Source: Balanoglossus misakiensis
Taxonomy: Eukaryota; Animalia; Hemichordata
Reading direction: 5' to 3'
NCBI GenBank assembly: GCA_040954595.2
Contig: CM082598.2
Coordinates: 4,345,837 to 4,409,836 of the forward strand
Length of the DNA stretch: 64,000 bases
Shown: in pieces, positions 49,936 to 61,528 of the stretch
How the letters are laid out: every line of letters begins with the position of its first letter
How positions within the stretch are numbered: the first letter of the stretch is position 1
The notes under the pieces: model-generated
Database searches by the model: none
The model's input: only the letters and a program-made list of their open reading frames with translations
What the model was told of the DNA's origin: nothing
Made by a program: the position numbers and the translations under genes

Positions 49936-52900
49936 GTAAAAGTACCACAGTTGTTGTTTTGCAAATTTTAAATACCAACAAACATTCAATGGCGATGATG
50001 AACTTCAATTTGCAGTTGCAAGTTAAGGTCACGTACATTTAATCTTAAATGCGTAAAACAGTAGCAAGAAGGCCCGCACTTAAAGGCGTCTCTATGTTCT
50101 CAAAAAGCCAGGAATTTCTGAAGGAAAGGTGAAAAGGTCAGTATAGCCTACATTTGTGCTGGTACTACCGTGACGACACTAGTTCTGCAACCCTACTAAA
50201 CATGCAAATATGTGTTTTAGATGACATTGTTTGTTTTAAAAGTTCATTTTAGAATCAATATTACCCGCAGTATGAGTTAACTCGTGGCCTGGGTTGCTTT
50301 TCAAATACTATAGCAGTATTTGTATGTATGCGCAGACACAACTAGCTCATCTAAGCGCACACTGAAGCGTCTGCGATAATTCTTTATTCCGGTGACGTGC
50401 GATCATACAGAGAATCTTGAAGTCGCTTTAAGCTATGGGTCAAAGGTTATGCGTGAGGTACTATGCCTCCAAATAGACTACGTCACCAAACTCCTTGACA
50501 TGGCTATTATATTTCTTAACGTCTTTGTCTTTGGATATAAGTGATTCGCCTGTCCCGTCGGCACAGCTATAGATTTCAGACTAAACTGCTAAACTGGAGA
50601 TGTTATGTCCTATTAAAGTTTGGATATGTCTCATCAGACGGGGATTTAAGTCGATATAATTATTTTAGCATTATTGCTATTTGTGAGATAGCGAGACTGG
50701 GATTTCTGTCTGGGGTCTGTCGGGGCGCTGATTGAAAGCCAGGGTTCAGAAAACTTTGACTTCACTACCGATCAAATATGTCGCTGGTTTTCTCAGGATG
50801 CGGAAGATGCGCGCGAGAGAGAAGAAGGCGCGTCAATAAGCGCGCCTGCGTGACACCGTCCTCGTTGTGTACATCGGCGCTTCCCCTGTGAAAAACTCAA
50901 TTGAAATAAACCTCACGTCGTGATATACTTTCAGACAGGATTATAGAAACTGAATAGCGACGGCCTATTTGTTCTGAATTGAACTATTCATTCAATTCAG
51001 GGGAGTTAAAAGCAAAAAAAGCTGCCCGCTGTACTTAGTGCTCGCGCCTGTTGCGCATGCGACATAGGCTCACATTGAGCGTGGACAGACACGCGCATGT
51101 GCAGCACCGAAACGAAAATTGAAATTCTCTATAATTAGAAGGAGTTTAACTTAGCACAAGCCTTGAACTTTTGCTCACACCTTGGTCAAGGGCGGGCTAG
51201 ACGATTCTATTCTAAAAACAATGAAAACATGTTTTTTATCTAAACATTTCAAAGAAAACAATGTCAAACTTGTACCCGCATGGCCTCAGGAATTTCATAT
51301 ACCAGGCCACCAGTTTCACCATAATAATTTAGAGAAAATTATCATGATTATGTTTTTGACAAAATAAGCGTGACTATTCAGCTTAATCATTTAGTGGCTG
51401 CTAACGTATCAGTAGAAACATTATCCTAGCCTGTGTCATACAATGTAAAGGTCCAGTATCTTTGGACAACTTGGAAGTAGTTTTGATCCGTTTATCATAT
51501 GCACGTTCTTCGTGCATTCCTATACGCAGTATAGGCGTATAGGGTTTGCAGTGTTGTTGAGAAATGAGTATAGTAATTAGTAATGCGCGAAACATAATGT
51601 GTAGACTGTGTGTACGACCTTTTCCACATTTTAAGGAGTACTAACAACAGGAAGCTGTACTTAATTGGGCGCTTCTGGTGAGTCAGACAGGCATGTGCTT
51701 TTTGAATTTCTCCCATCGAAACTTTGACAAACCAAGGCTGAGATACGGTGTTTTATGTATGTCTACTACATTGCTTACTTGCAGAGAAATGTACAGTGTA
51801 TACGAGGACATTTGTGAGTGTTTGTGGAGTGGAATGCCAAAGAAATGACCCACTGTTGAGAATCGCACTTTTCACCTTTCTTTCGAAAATATCGTTGGGT
51901 ATTAGAGATATGTTGTTGTTTTTTTCTTCTAAAAATAACATCACAATTCGCATTACAAGAGATAGTGTGTGTGTTTTCGTGATATTGTCAAATTGGGTCA
52001 AGGCCCTTGACGACCTTCGCTTTGCGTTTGAAACGATGATGGCCATGTTGATTCTGTGTCGCAGGCATTTATAACTATACAACGTCATGCTGGAGTTATA
52101 GTTGACACAGACAGCTGTAAACAGGCTTCTCAGAGAGAAAATGGAATTTGATTTCTCATAATACCTCATTCGCAGTTGTGTGCATGTGTGTCGTGTTTTC
52201 GTTTTGGAGATGTTTTCATTTTGGAGATGTTTTCGTTTTGATTTGATATATCTTCATGAATAGGCCTAACATAGACTATAGACTTTCTTCTCGTGTTCAT
52301 TTTTTGCGAACATTTCATGAATATTTTTTATCGTTTACGATGGCGGTTGTATAAACAATAACATTGATGGTGGGTGGTGGTGGTGGTGGTGGCGGTGGTG
52401 GTGATAATGATGATGATGATCTGTGTGTTTATATAAGACGTTGTAGTATTTTATGGAATTACGCGCTTATTTTAACAAACTGTTTTTGTTTTTGGTAAAT
52501 GCGAGACAAATTTTAATGAACCTGATGGGTCGTCTGCAACCCGGAGTGTTGTGATAAGGTCACGTGACATGAGCAAATTACGGCTTGCCTTCGCGTCGGG
52601 TCTCTTTTCCCTGTTCTTATATTCCCTTTCCCAGACACATTTTGTTTTGATTGCGTGCCCTTTTTGTTGATCAGGTTGCGTGGAAATCCTCAGTAAACGA
52701 CTGGTAATGTTTCAAGCGCTCGGTAACCGCTGCCCCCAGCACCAGACATCTTCAAGGGAATGCGAGAAGCGACTTCATATCTTTCTTGCAGAAGTCGTAA
52801 AAAATAGGTTAACCAATGTCTCGTAATAAGACCACTTAGTAATGTAATCAACGTGGTCGTATCGACCATACTAATACCGCTATAAAAATATTTATGACCG

Positions 52901-53578
52901 ATGAATGACGTTCATTAAGCTATTTCTCGCCTGATTTATAAAGTGATAAAACGTGTCAGAAATAGGGCGGGCAAGTCAACTTTTTATGACGGTACGTTAT
53001 GATAATGTTTCAGTTGAACCTTCCTGTCACGCTTCCGAGTCATGGACGGGTTATCTTGTTTTCAGAAAGATTTACTTCATTTCTTACAGCTTGCAAATGA
53101 GTGTCAAAGACGTGTATTTCTAAGGTTGGTCGAGTACTTTTAATGCGGTCTGCATCGCCACTGTTGTCCGGTCCAATTTCCTAAAAAAATGTTCCGCTGT
53201 CAGATTGGATTTCTTCGTCGTTTAAAAGGCCGACTATCGTCATCTGCGCATTACATCTCGGGCCGGTACGATTCAAAATTCAACAATTTCGTCCTGCGCG
53301 CCGAGATGGCAGACGACGCATATACAGTCTCTCGTGCAATGAGTAGTATGGTATATATTTAAATGCATCACAGTTTTGAAATTCGCGCATCAAAGGGTGG
53401 CTTTGTCGGCAAGTGTAACACAGCCATGACCTTGACTTGTGTCACATGACCGTTCTTGCAGACGTGATCCTGGTATAATTATGTTCCCAGATCCTTAACT
53501 CTTTTCTCATTGGTGAACAGATTATTTGGGGCATTATGATTATTTAGGTCACACATGAAAATATGAATAATATGCATC

Positions 53579-53580
<2 letters not shown>

Positions 53581-53670
<90 letters not shown>
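53581..53670. repeat. (GT)n plus (ATGT)n microsatellite
   Basis: Direct repeat. Confidence 0.95.
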
Positions 53671-54406
53671 AGTTAGTTCAGTTTGTAATAGGCCTATGTT
53701 TGTATATTTTCATGACTGTAATATATTGTATTTATAGTTTATTTTAACGTTTTCCTTTGTACTATGTCTTTTGACTGGTGCTTGGAGTGGGTGTGGTCCT
53801 TTTACTATAATATTTGCAATTTGACACAATTAATATAATGTTTTATATTTGAAATATTTGCGCCGTATCTGCAAGGGATAATGTTTAATGCTCCTCGGTT
53901 AATTCTCAGTATCAGTCGATAGTCGACTCCTTAAAACATTCATCGGATTCTGTAGAGCTCTGTCATTTTAGTTAGGTTCAGGGTCGACGATAAATAGTTT
54001 ATGTTCTGTACAGTGCACAAAACAGTTGCATGATTAATCACATTCGCTTGAATTTTTGCGAGTTTATATTGTATTATTGCTGCCTATGAATTCATGGTGT
54101 TTATTCCGATTTTTCCAGGTTCGTCTGGCCTTCGCAGCCTGTCATATGATATCCTGGAGTTGTGACCCCTGAACTTAGAGTTAACGCAGCGATCTGATCC
54201 CGGCGAGCAACAGCTCAGATTATCCGACTACGCAGCGAATTGTGAGAGTCACATGACAGGAATTCGAGGGAATTTTCCCCTTTAATCGCTTGTAATTTCC
54301 AGGAGAGGACGTCTACATTTGAGAGACGGTGTTAGCTGACGCGATTTTGTGGGATTTGCGGTGATTTTAGAGGTTGGAAAAATCGTCGCTGTTGTTGTAG
54401 AGAGGC

Positions 54407-54808
54407 ATGGCCACGGCTGAGCTGGAAACGAGTTCGCCATCGCCCGATGCGGATCTCCCTGGGCCCCATCCACTGATCTCGCCGTACGGCGAACGCTTGT
54501 CGAAGTACCACACGAAGACCGAGTACCCGAAGCCGTTCACGCCGTCGAAGAGAAAGCCCCGACGCCGGCTGGAGCGGTACAAGACGCAGCCGATCACCTT
54601 CTCGGAAATCAAGGAAGTCGACGAGGATGACAGCCTCGACAAGGACCCCAGGAGCCCCAAAAGCCCGACCGCTGAAGAGTTGAAATGCCCGCAGAGAATG
54701 GAGGCGCTGAACGCCGCTATCGCTAGAACCTTCGACAAAGCCAAACTGGGCGAGGGTGGCGTTCCCTACAGGCGGCAGCCTAGTTTAATTCGGTCCGCCG
54801 AGGTCTGA
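54407..54808 (+). CDS. C11orf96: C11orf96-like small disordered protein (133 aa, single coding exon)
   Basis: EYPKP...RYKTQPITFSEIKEVDED matches the conserved vertebrate C11orf96 block EFPQP...RFKTQPVTFDEIQEVEEE; GC3-rich coding-like composition; good start context ggcATGG. Confidence 0.85.
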   Translation: MATAELETSSPSPDADLPGPHPLISPYGERLSKYHTKTEYPKPFTPSKRKPRRRLERYKTQPITFSEIKEVDEDDSLDKDPRSPKSPTAEELKCPQRMEALNAAIARTFDKAKLGEGGVPYRRQPSLIRSAEV

Positions 54809-57800
54809 TTTCTTCCCGGTTAGAACGGGCGACTTTCCTACGACGGACGGACAATACTGATGACATCAACGCCCTGCGTGTGTGGTGAGGGAGGGATTTT
54901 ACAAAGCGCTGAATCTTGGAGGAAATTTCCGTGACGCAGTAGTTCACCGTTGTAAATAAAATAGGACAGTGTGATGACGTCTGGATTTTACGTCGCCATG
55001 GAGTGAATTTAGCGGGGCGCACAAATTTCAAGCGACCAGCACGGTGCCGATGTGCGGACGAGGACTGACTCGAACCCGTAAAGCGAACAGGAGGATTTCG
55101 CGTGAACCTGTGACACGTTTTAAACACGATTGACCTCCCAGATGATTCTATATGCAATTTTATGGTGCTTCAGAACTTAGTTCCGGACTGTGATAACATC
55201 TTAGGACCTTTCCGACTTAATTTAATTTTCTTCAATACAGTGCCTTGACTGGTTTTCTTAGAATAAGCTAAGTAATTTTGGCTTGCCTTTGTAGATAGGT
55301 GTACGTGCGTTATTTTTAGCAAGAGTTCAAATGTTCACATTCGTTTAATGTGAGTTATGTTCATCACGAGGTTCTACTATTCATGGCGGAGGTTCCAATC
55401 CCTCGCAATATTTACGACATTCATTACAGGCTTCGCTTTTCGCCAGTTTTATATCAGTCTTTATTTTTTTCATTATTTTTAGCTTAAAGTTATGTTCTCG
55501 TTATTTCATTTTCCACATCGGTCAACGACTTTTCTGTAATGTTGCTAACTGTCTGATCTTGAAAGGATTTTGTTTTCTGTCACGCACGATGAAATTTTCA
55601 AATCAATGATTTCATAACTTCACGGACGTGTTGCATTCTTTAGAGAGTATGTCAGGAGATGTCTCGTACATAAAGTATATGTTGGCCTATATCGGGTATC
55701 ATTGCAAATTCTTCATATTTTGGGATCCGTTGTAAATCGGAATGTAGGGGTTTTGGGGCGAGTTTCTAGCCGTATTCTGTCCGCTTTGCTTCCAAAAACG
55801 GACAAACTGCGGCTAGATGGACACCAGACTAGGTTTGGTTGAGCCAAAGGCGGTCATTCCCGGTTTGCGGAATTTTTGTGATGTATGTCAATCACATTTC
55901 TGTGTCGTTTACCAAAAGCTGTGGTGGCCGCCATTTTGAATAAAAAAAACACAACCGAAAAACGAAACTGAGGATTTGCAGGATTACACATAATATGGAT
56001 ATCATCTTTACTCCCGAAATAAATATCACAACAGTAACGAGAGATATTTTAAGCGGATAGTCCTCGTATTTCATTAGATATGTGTAGAAAAAAGATATGA
56101 AAACGCATATACTTTTCGTATCCATTTTGCGTCATTAGGGCAGGGGTTTTTGTTTGCGTCAATGGGCCGATGATAGTCATCTCTGTTTCCATGGGAACGC
56201 ATACACGGCCTACGTGTCGTGATACCAGCGTCCATCACGGTACTATCACGTTCGCTTTTATTTTTAGAGGAAACGTTCGAATGAAATTGTTTTACCTCAC
56301 ACAAAACAGGGTATGGTAAATCGAGCGATCGTATACATGAACACCATGATTACAGAAAATTGTCTCTTTCCCAGGTTTTTTGACCGGACACTCTGCCTGT
56401 TAGCTGGGAGATTGTTTTATCAAAGAATGTGACTTTTGACCCGAAGGTGTCATCATTATCTCAGACCTTCTCCTAGCCGTCTTGGTTTCTAATCTTGTAA
56501 ATTAATTAAATGCCTCTCAGTCTGGTCGAACGGCTTCTGAATTCCTCGGTGTCACATGGTGAAGTTTTCTCGAGCGCGGAACCCGGGGATGCCCTGGGAG
56601 TGAGTAATTTGACCCTACATGTCTGGCCAACGTCGCAGAAAAATGTCTCGCCATCATGTACCAAGACGGTCGTTAGAGGGTTATTAGCAGTAACTTATGG
56701 TTTTGTTTCCAGTATCTTTGTTCTGTATACAGTATATACCAACTGCGACAATTTCATGGTCTACTAATATAGCCTATGTGTGTAGCGGCCATTGTTATTG
56801 TCGGCAAATGAATTCTAGTCCGCACTTGAATTCATATTTTGTGCAATAACATTGCTGACTATATACATAAGCTTGTAGATTATGTTAAAAAGCTGCATAC
56901 TGGGCATTTCTTCATGGTTCGCGTATTTGATACGAAACCTATGCATGCCTAGGCCTACATGCATGTCAGATGTGTGTGGGCTTATGTGTGCGTTGACTCA
57001 TTTCTCCACTAAAAGTCCCAGTGAAATTTGTTTTTATAACCATTCTTTACACATAAATGGACAAGATATACTGAAAATAAAATCTCGGTAATTAAAAAAA
57101 AAATGTTCTATAACGAAAATAAATTCCACAGTATCCTGTTTCGAAAGGTTTTTGAATGCTGACGTTGGCGGTGCACTGTAAATAGTTACTTCCGGTTATA
57201 GGGGGCGTGTCTGTTTCGATATGTTGTTTACATGTACGGACACAAATTTGACCTGAAACGCGTTTAAACGCTCACTTTCCAAGGGAATTTTCGACTGTCG
57301 CTGTTCGCCTTGTGGTCGAGATGCATCCGAGTAGGATTTGTGAGGAATTACTGGATTGGTTTCACCGTGGAGCGTGGTTTCAAGAAGTGATGTCGTCAAA
57401 ATTGGCGGCGATCATGCAACAACATTTGCACGTTTCCTTATAAGGTATAGTAAAGCTATATTCCATTCCTAATTAATATGGTAACATGGACAGGTTTGAC
57501 CTGAGTGCGATCGCAACAAAAGTAACCTATACCATGCTACCATGTACACATTGTTATCGACACACCACTGTCCACGTGCATGCATGCTTCGTCAACTTTC
57601 TCTGTGTCAACTGTTTGGGCTTTGCAATGTACTGCATGTACATGTACTTTGCCAAAGACGTTCCGTTTCTGTGATAGCTTCAGATTACCTAGTATTTGTT
57701 GGTAGGTGGTGGGTTTCATTCTTGAAATTTGGTCATTCTGGTATTCTCATGTCGTATGCATGGATTGTAACTCGTACACACTCAAGAAATGACAAATTCT

Positions 57801-57951
57801 TGGTCATTCTGCTCATACTGGCTCAAAAATTGACAAATTCTTGACTTAAGTTGTATCAAACATAATTAATAGAAAAGGGGGCAGGGAGAGAGAGACTTTG
57901 TCCCTTTAACTGCTGATCATGTCTCTAAACACTAATGTTTTGTCATACTAG

Positions 57952-59987
57952 GGTAAAACTGGATACCCCTGGATTGATGCTTGTATGGTGCAACTGAAAC
58001 GCCAAGGCTGGATTCATCATGTTGGCAGACATGCAGTGTCTTGCTTTCTGACTCGTGGGGATTTGTGGATCAGTTGGGAGGAGGGTTTGCAGGTACGTCT
58101 GGTGTTAGATGGAGTGTGGATGCAGCCTTGCAAAGTTGCACATGATATAGCACTCACAGGCAGCAGATTCAAATCTTTAACTCTGTCAAAATTTGACCGA
58201 TCTTTGTTCAAAACTATCTGCATCAATATTAAAGGTTTCTTGATTAGAAACTTGACCAGTGCACTTGGGATATATGACATGTTTATAGGGTACCTGCTTT
58301 TTTCCTCATATTATTTGAAGAAAAATACTTTAGGCATGTTTTGCCAAATAATAATTAACCTTTTGTCATTTATTTCTTTTTACACAACAGGTGTTTTTGC
58401 AATATTTGCTGGATGCTGATTGGAGCATTTGTGCTGGGAATTGGATGTGGGTTTCTAGTTCAGCATTTGAACGTGCTCTGCAGTGCCCTAAATGTTTCTG
58501 TCCGGTTCGATACGGTCACCGCATGGACCCATCTGGTGAATTTGTAAGGTAGGCAGAGAAAGAGTTTAATTTTGTACATACACATCTTACAGGGTGAGAG
58601 TAATCTGAAGTGCATAAGTGTTACTTTTCTGTTTAAGCACACCATCAACATTGTTCTTTTACTGTTCAGGAAAACCCTGCCAACCAAATATCAAGATTAC
58701 TTGTAAATTTGTTAAAAAAGTAATGACTCATTCATTGTCTAGTGTACAACTTCATTGTTTGCAATGATGTACATTGTAGCAGTTTCACTACAGTGTAATA
58801 CAAAGTAACAACTACATTGTTTGGAATGATGTACATTGTAGCAGTTACACTACAGTGTAATACAAAGTAACAACCACATTGTTTGCAATGATGTACATTG
58901 TAGCAGTTACACTACAATGTAATACAAAGTAACAACCACATTGTTTGCAATGATGTACATTGTAGCAGTTACACTACAATGTAATACCAAGTAACAACCA
59001 CATTGTTTGCAGTGATGTAAATTGTAGCAGTTACTCTTCAGTGTAATACAAAGTAACAACCACATTGTTTGCAATGATGTACATTGTAGCAGTTACACTA
59101 CAATGTAATACCAAGTAACAACCACATTGTTTGCAATGATGTACATTGTAGCAGTTACTTTTTGCCTCTACTGTTGTGTCCAACTAGGCAGGGTCCAGAC
59201 CTGTAAACACATCTGTGGTTAACACCATTGGAAATTGCAAGCTGTTTACATTCATGTCCATCAGTATATTTCATAGACCTGTTAATGTAACCATAAAATT
59301 ATGCAAGCTTCACTGGCTCTGTTGCAAAAATTACAACATTAGCACATTCTTATTACTTATTTTGGTTCCGTGTATAGGTGTCCAATCATGTTGATTTCTT
59401 TTATCTCCCCGCAGACGTTACTTGCCAGTCCTGAAAGACATGCCATTGCGATACTTGTATGAGCCCTGGAAGGCACCAAAGTCTGTTCAGAAAAAAGCCA
59501 ACTGCATCATCGGAAAGGATTATCCCCCACCAATGGTTGATCACAAGGAGGTGTCCAAGAAGAACTCTGTCATGATGGAGGAAGTGGTGGCCTGCTTGAA
59601 AGAGTGCGGTGAGTTTGCGTTTTAAAATACCACACCTTCCACACTTCTGGTATACAGTCAACATAGCCTGAGTGTGATATTCGCAATTGGTGTAGTGTTC
59701 ATAATGCAATGTTTTTGTTAAGGGTTGTAGCCAGGTACGGTAAATGTTACCGGGGTTCCCCAGTCATTTTACCTGAGTTTTCCCTCGTTACCGGTATATC
59801 AATTGAGTCCGTTAGCAGAATAGTGAGGTTGTAACTGACTTTGTGTTTTCATCTCTACACAGCCATTCCCCACTGTGCTCCATCTGATGAAACTGAAGTG
59901 CGTTCCTTTGTTTGGCTGCCTGATCACTTGTCTGGTGGTGGCCATTGCACAGCCAATGATCTCTGTAATGGTATTCAAGGCATATGA
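57952..59987 (+). CDS. cry: Drosophila-type (type 1, light-sensitive) cryptochrome; only the last four coding exons are visible
   Basis: Exons 57952-58092 ([47 protein letters not shown]), 58391-58548 ([28 protein letters not shown]...DPSGEFV), 59415-59608 ([10 protein letters not shown]...EPWKAP...CIIGKDYP), 59863-59987 ([18 protein letters not shown]...). The DWSxCAGNW Cys and the HCxPSxExEVRxFxWL tail are dCRY-type hallmarks. Confidence 0.9.
58753..59158. repeat. 62-bp minisatellite array 3 (~6.5 units)
   Basis: Same unit and orientation as the arrays at 43.2 and 46.3 kb, located in a cryptochrome intron. Confidence 0.95.
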
Positions 59988-60756
59988 ATCACAGTCACTG
60001 ATAACAGACCATGCTTTCATGCGAACATCCAGTATCAATGCCTGAAAACCCTTTACACTTGGACACGTAAAGTAGGGTGATTTTAATAACATATGTAACT
60101 AAATTCCTTTGTTCATTGTACTTCTAAATAAATTATAACTTTCGAATTTCTTTTAATTTTGGATTCTCCTTTGTATGTATAATTAAAATCCTGGATGAAG
60201 CATAGAGGGTCACCGTGCTTATTTTGATATGCGCAGCCAGGAATTTAGTCGATAATAGAAGAAAACGAAATTTATCTCAAAATAGAGGGCAGTGCCCACA
60301 CAATTTTATATGATGGATAAATTTTTAATTACTGGACAGTAGTAGAACTTTGTGTTCTAGTAATTATTAATGTAATCGTATGGGGGAAAAAGACGAGTAC
60401 ACACAGTATGTTTTAATTCATTGTGTTTATTGTGCAATTGTCTTTTGTAATACATGTAATGAACAAGTGAAATTTTAATAATCCTGTCTTGAAATTCTGC
60501 ATGATGCAAAGTAATGTAACTGTACTGCTGTTAAATTGATAAAAAAAAAACATGGCAATTTGATGCTACTTTTGCCTTGTCAATTTTGGCTGTAGTATGA
60601 GACAGAAGAAACTGTATGTTGACCGATTTTTATGACTTCCTTTGGCCAAACATTTGTCTTAAACGTGGCAACAATCGGCCATCTTAAAATTGTGTCGACC
60701 ATACAAGGTTTTCTTCACAATACCTACCGGTAAATAGCAAAAACCTATTTAAAGTA

Positions 60757-60954
60757 AAGGGGTCGTCACGCCGCGTTTGTTTATAAACATTACAGTTCAT
60801 CCACAAAACTAGATAATTCTTAGAATGAACGACATGACAGGGCATGACAGCAACTGAAGATCCTAGTAGGTCGTGGCGACTGCAGTGGGGTTAGCTCTGG
60901 TACGGGAGGACATATTCTCAAGGGGACCCAATCTGGCGTGACGAACCCTTCCCT
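60757..60954 (+). mobile_element. MITE-like element with short TIRs, ending at TTAA
   Basis: aaggggtcgtcacgcc ... ggcgtgacgaacccttccct-TTAA; second copy inverted at ~38346-38590. Confidence 0.75.
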
Positions 60955-61528
60955 TTAAGGTAGGGAGAATTGTAAACTTGTTTGCATATTTCTAACTCCT
61001 GATTTATTTCCTAATGTACTGCACCTAGTTTGATAACATTTGTTGAATGTTCAATATTGTCGTGTATCTAGACTTCTTGCACAGAATTGGATGAAACTAT
61101 ACAGAGATATTGTTTCTATGTGTATTAATTAAACCATATTTGGACACTCAATAAAGTGCAGTATTGAATCGCCAATCTGTAATCTGTAATCACTATGAAA
61201 AGTTAAGAGTAAATTGCACCAAGACATTAGCAGTCAGGCAGATTGTGCATTGTATTCTGTCTGTCTGCTCATTTGCCAGTCCCATCAAGAACTGACATTG
61301 TTTTATTTATTTTTTAAAAGCTACACATACAGTTTTGATATTTAATTTACATGTCACTTGCGATAATCAATTGTTCAAATTATAGCATGTATTCAGAAGT
61401 CATACATTCCGTGGGCTGTACCATTCAATGTTGGGTATGATGAACCGATAGAATCAACGGGGGGTAATGTTTCGCCTATCATTCTATGATGTCATAAATT
61501 AGAATATGCAAATAATATCTTCGGATTC

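Noticed and set aside
54367-54744. 125-aa minus-strand ORF with a hydrophobic N-terminus
   Set aside because: Antisense shadow of the GC3-rich C11orf96-like coding sequence.
58753-59158. Regular repeat arrays with an internal palindrome resembling a CRISPR array
   Set aside because: Units are contiguous 62-mers with no unique spacers, no cas genes are present, and the context is a eukaryotic intron.
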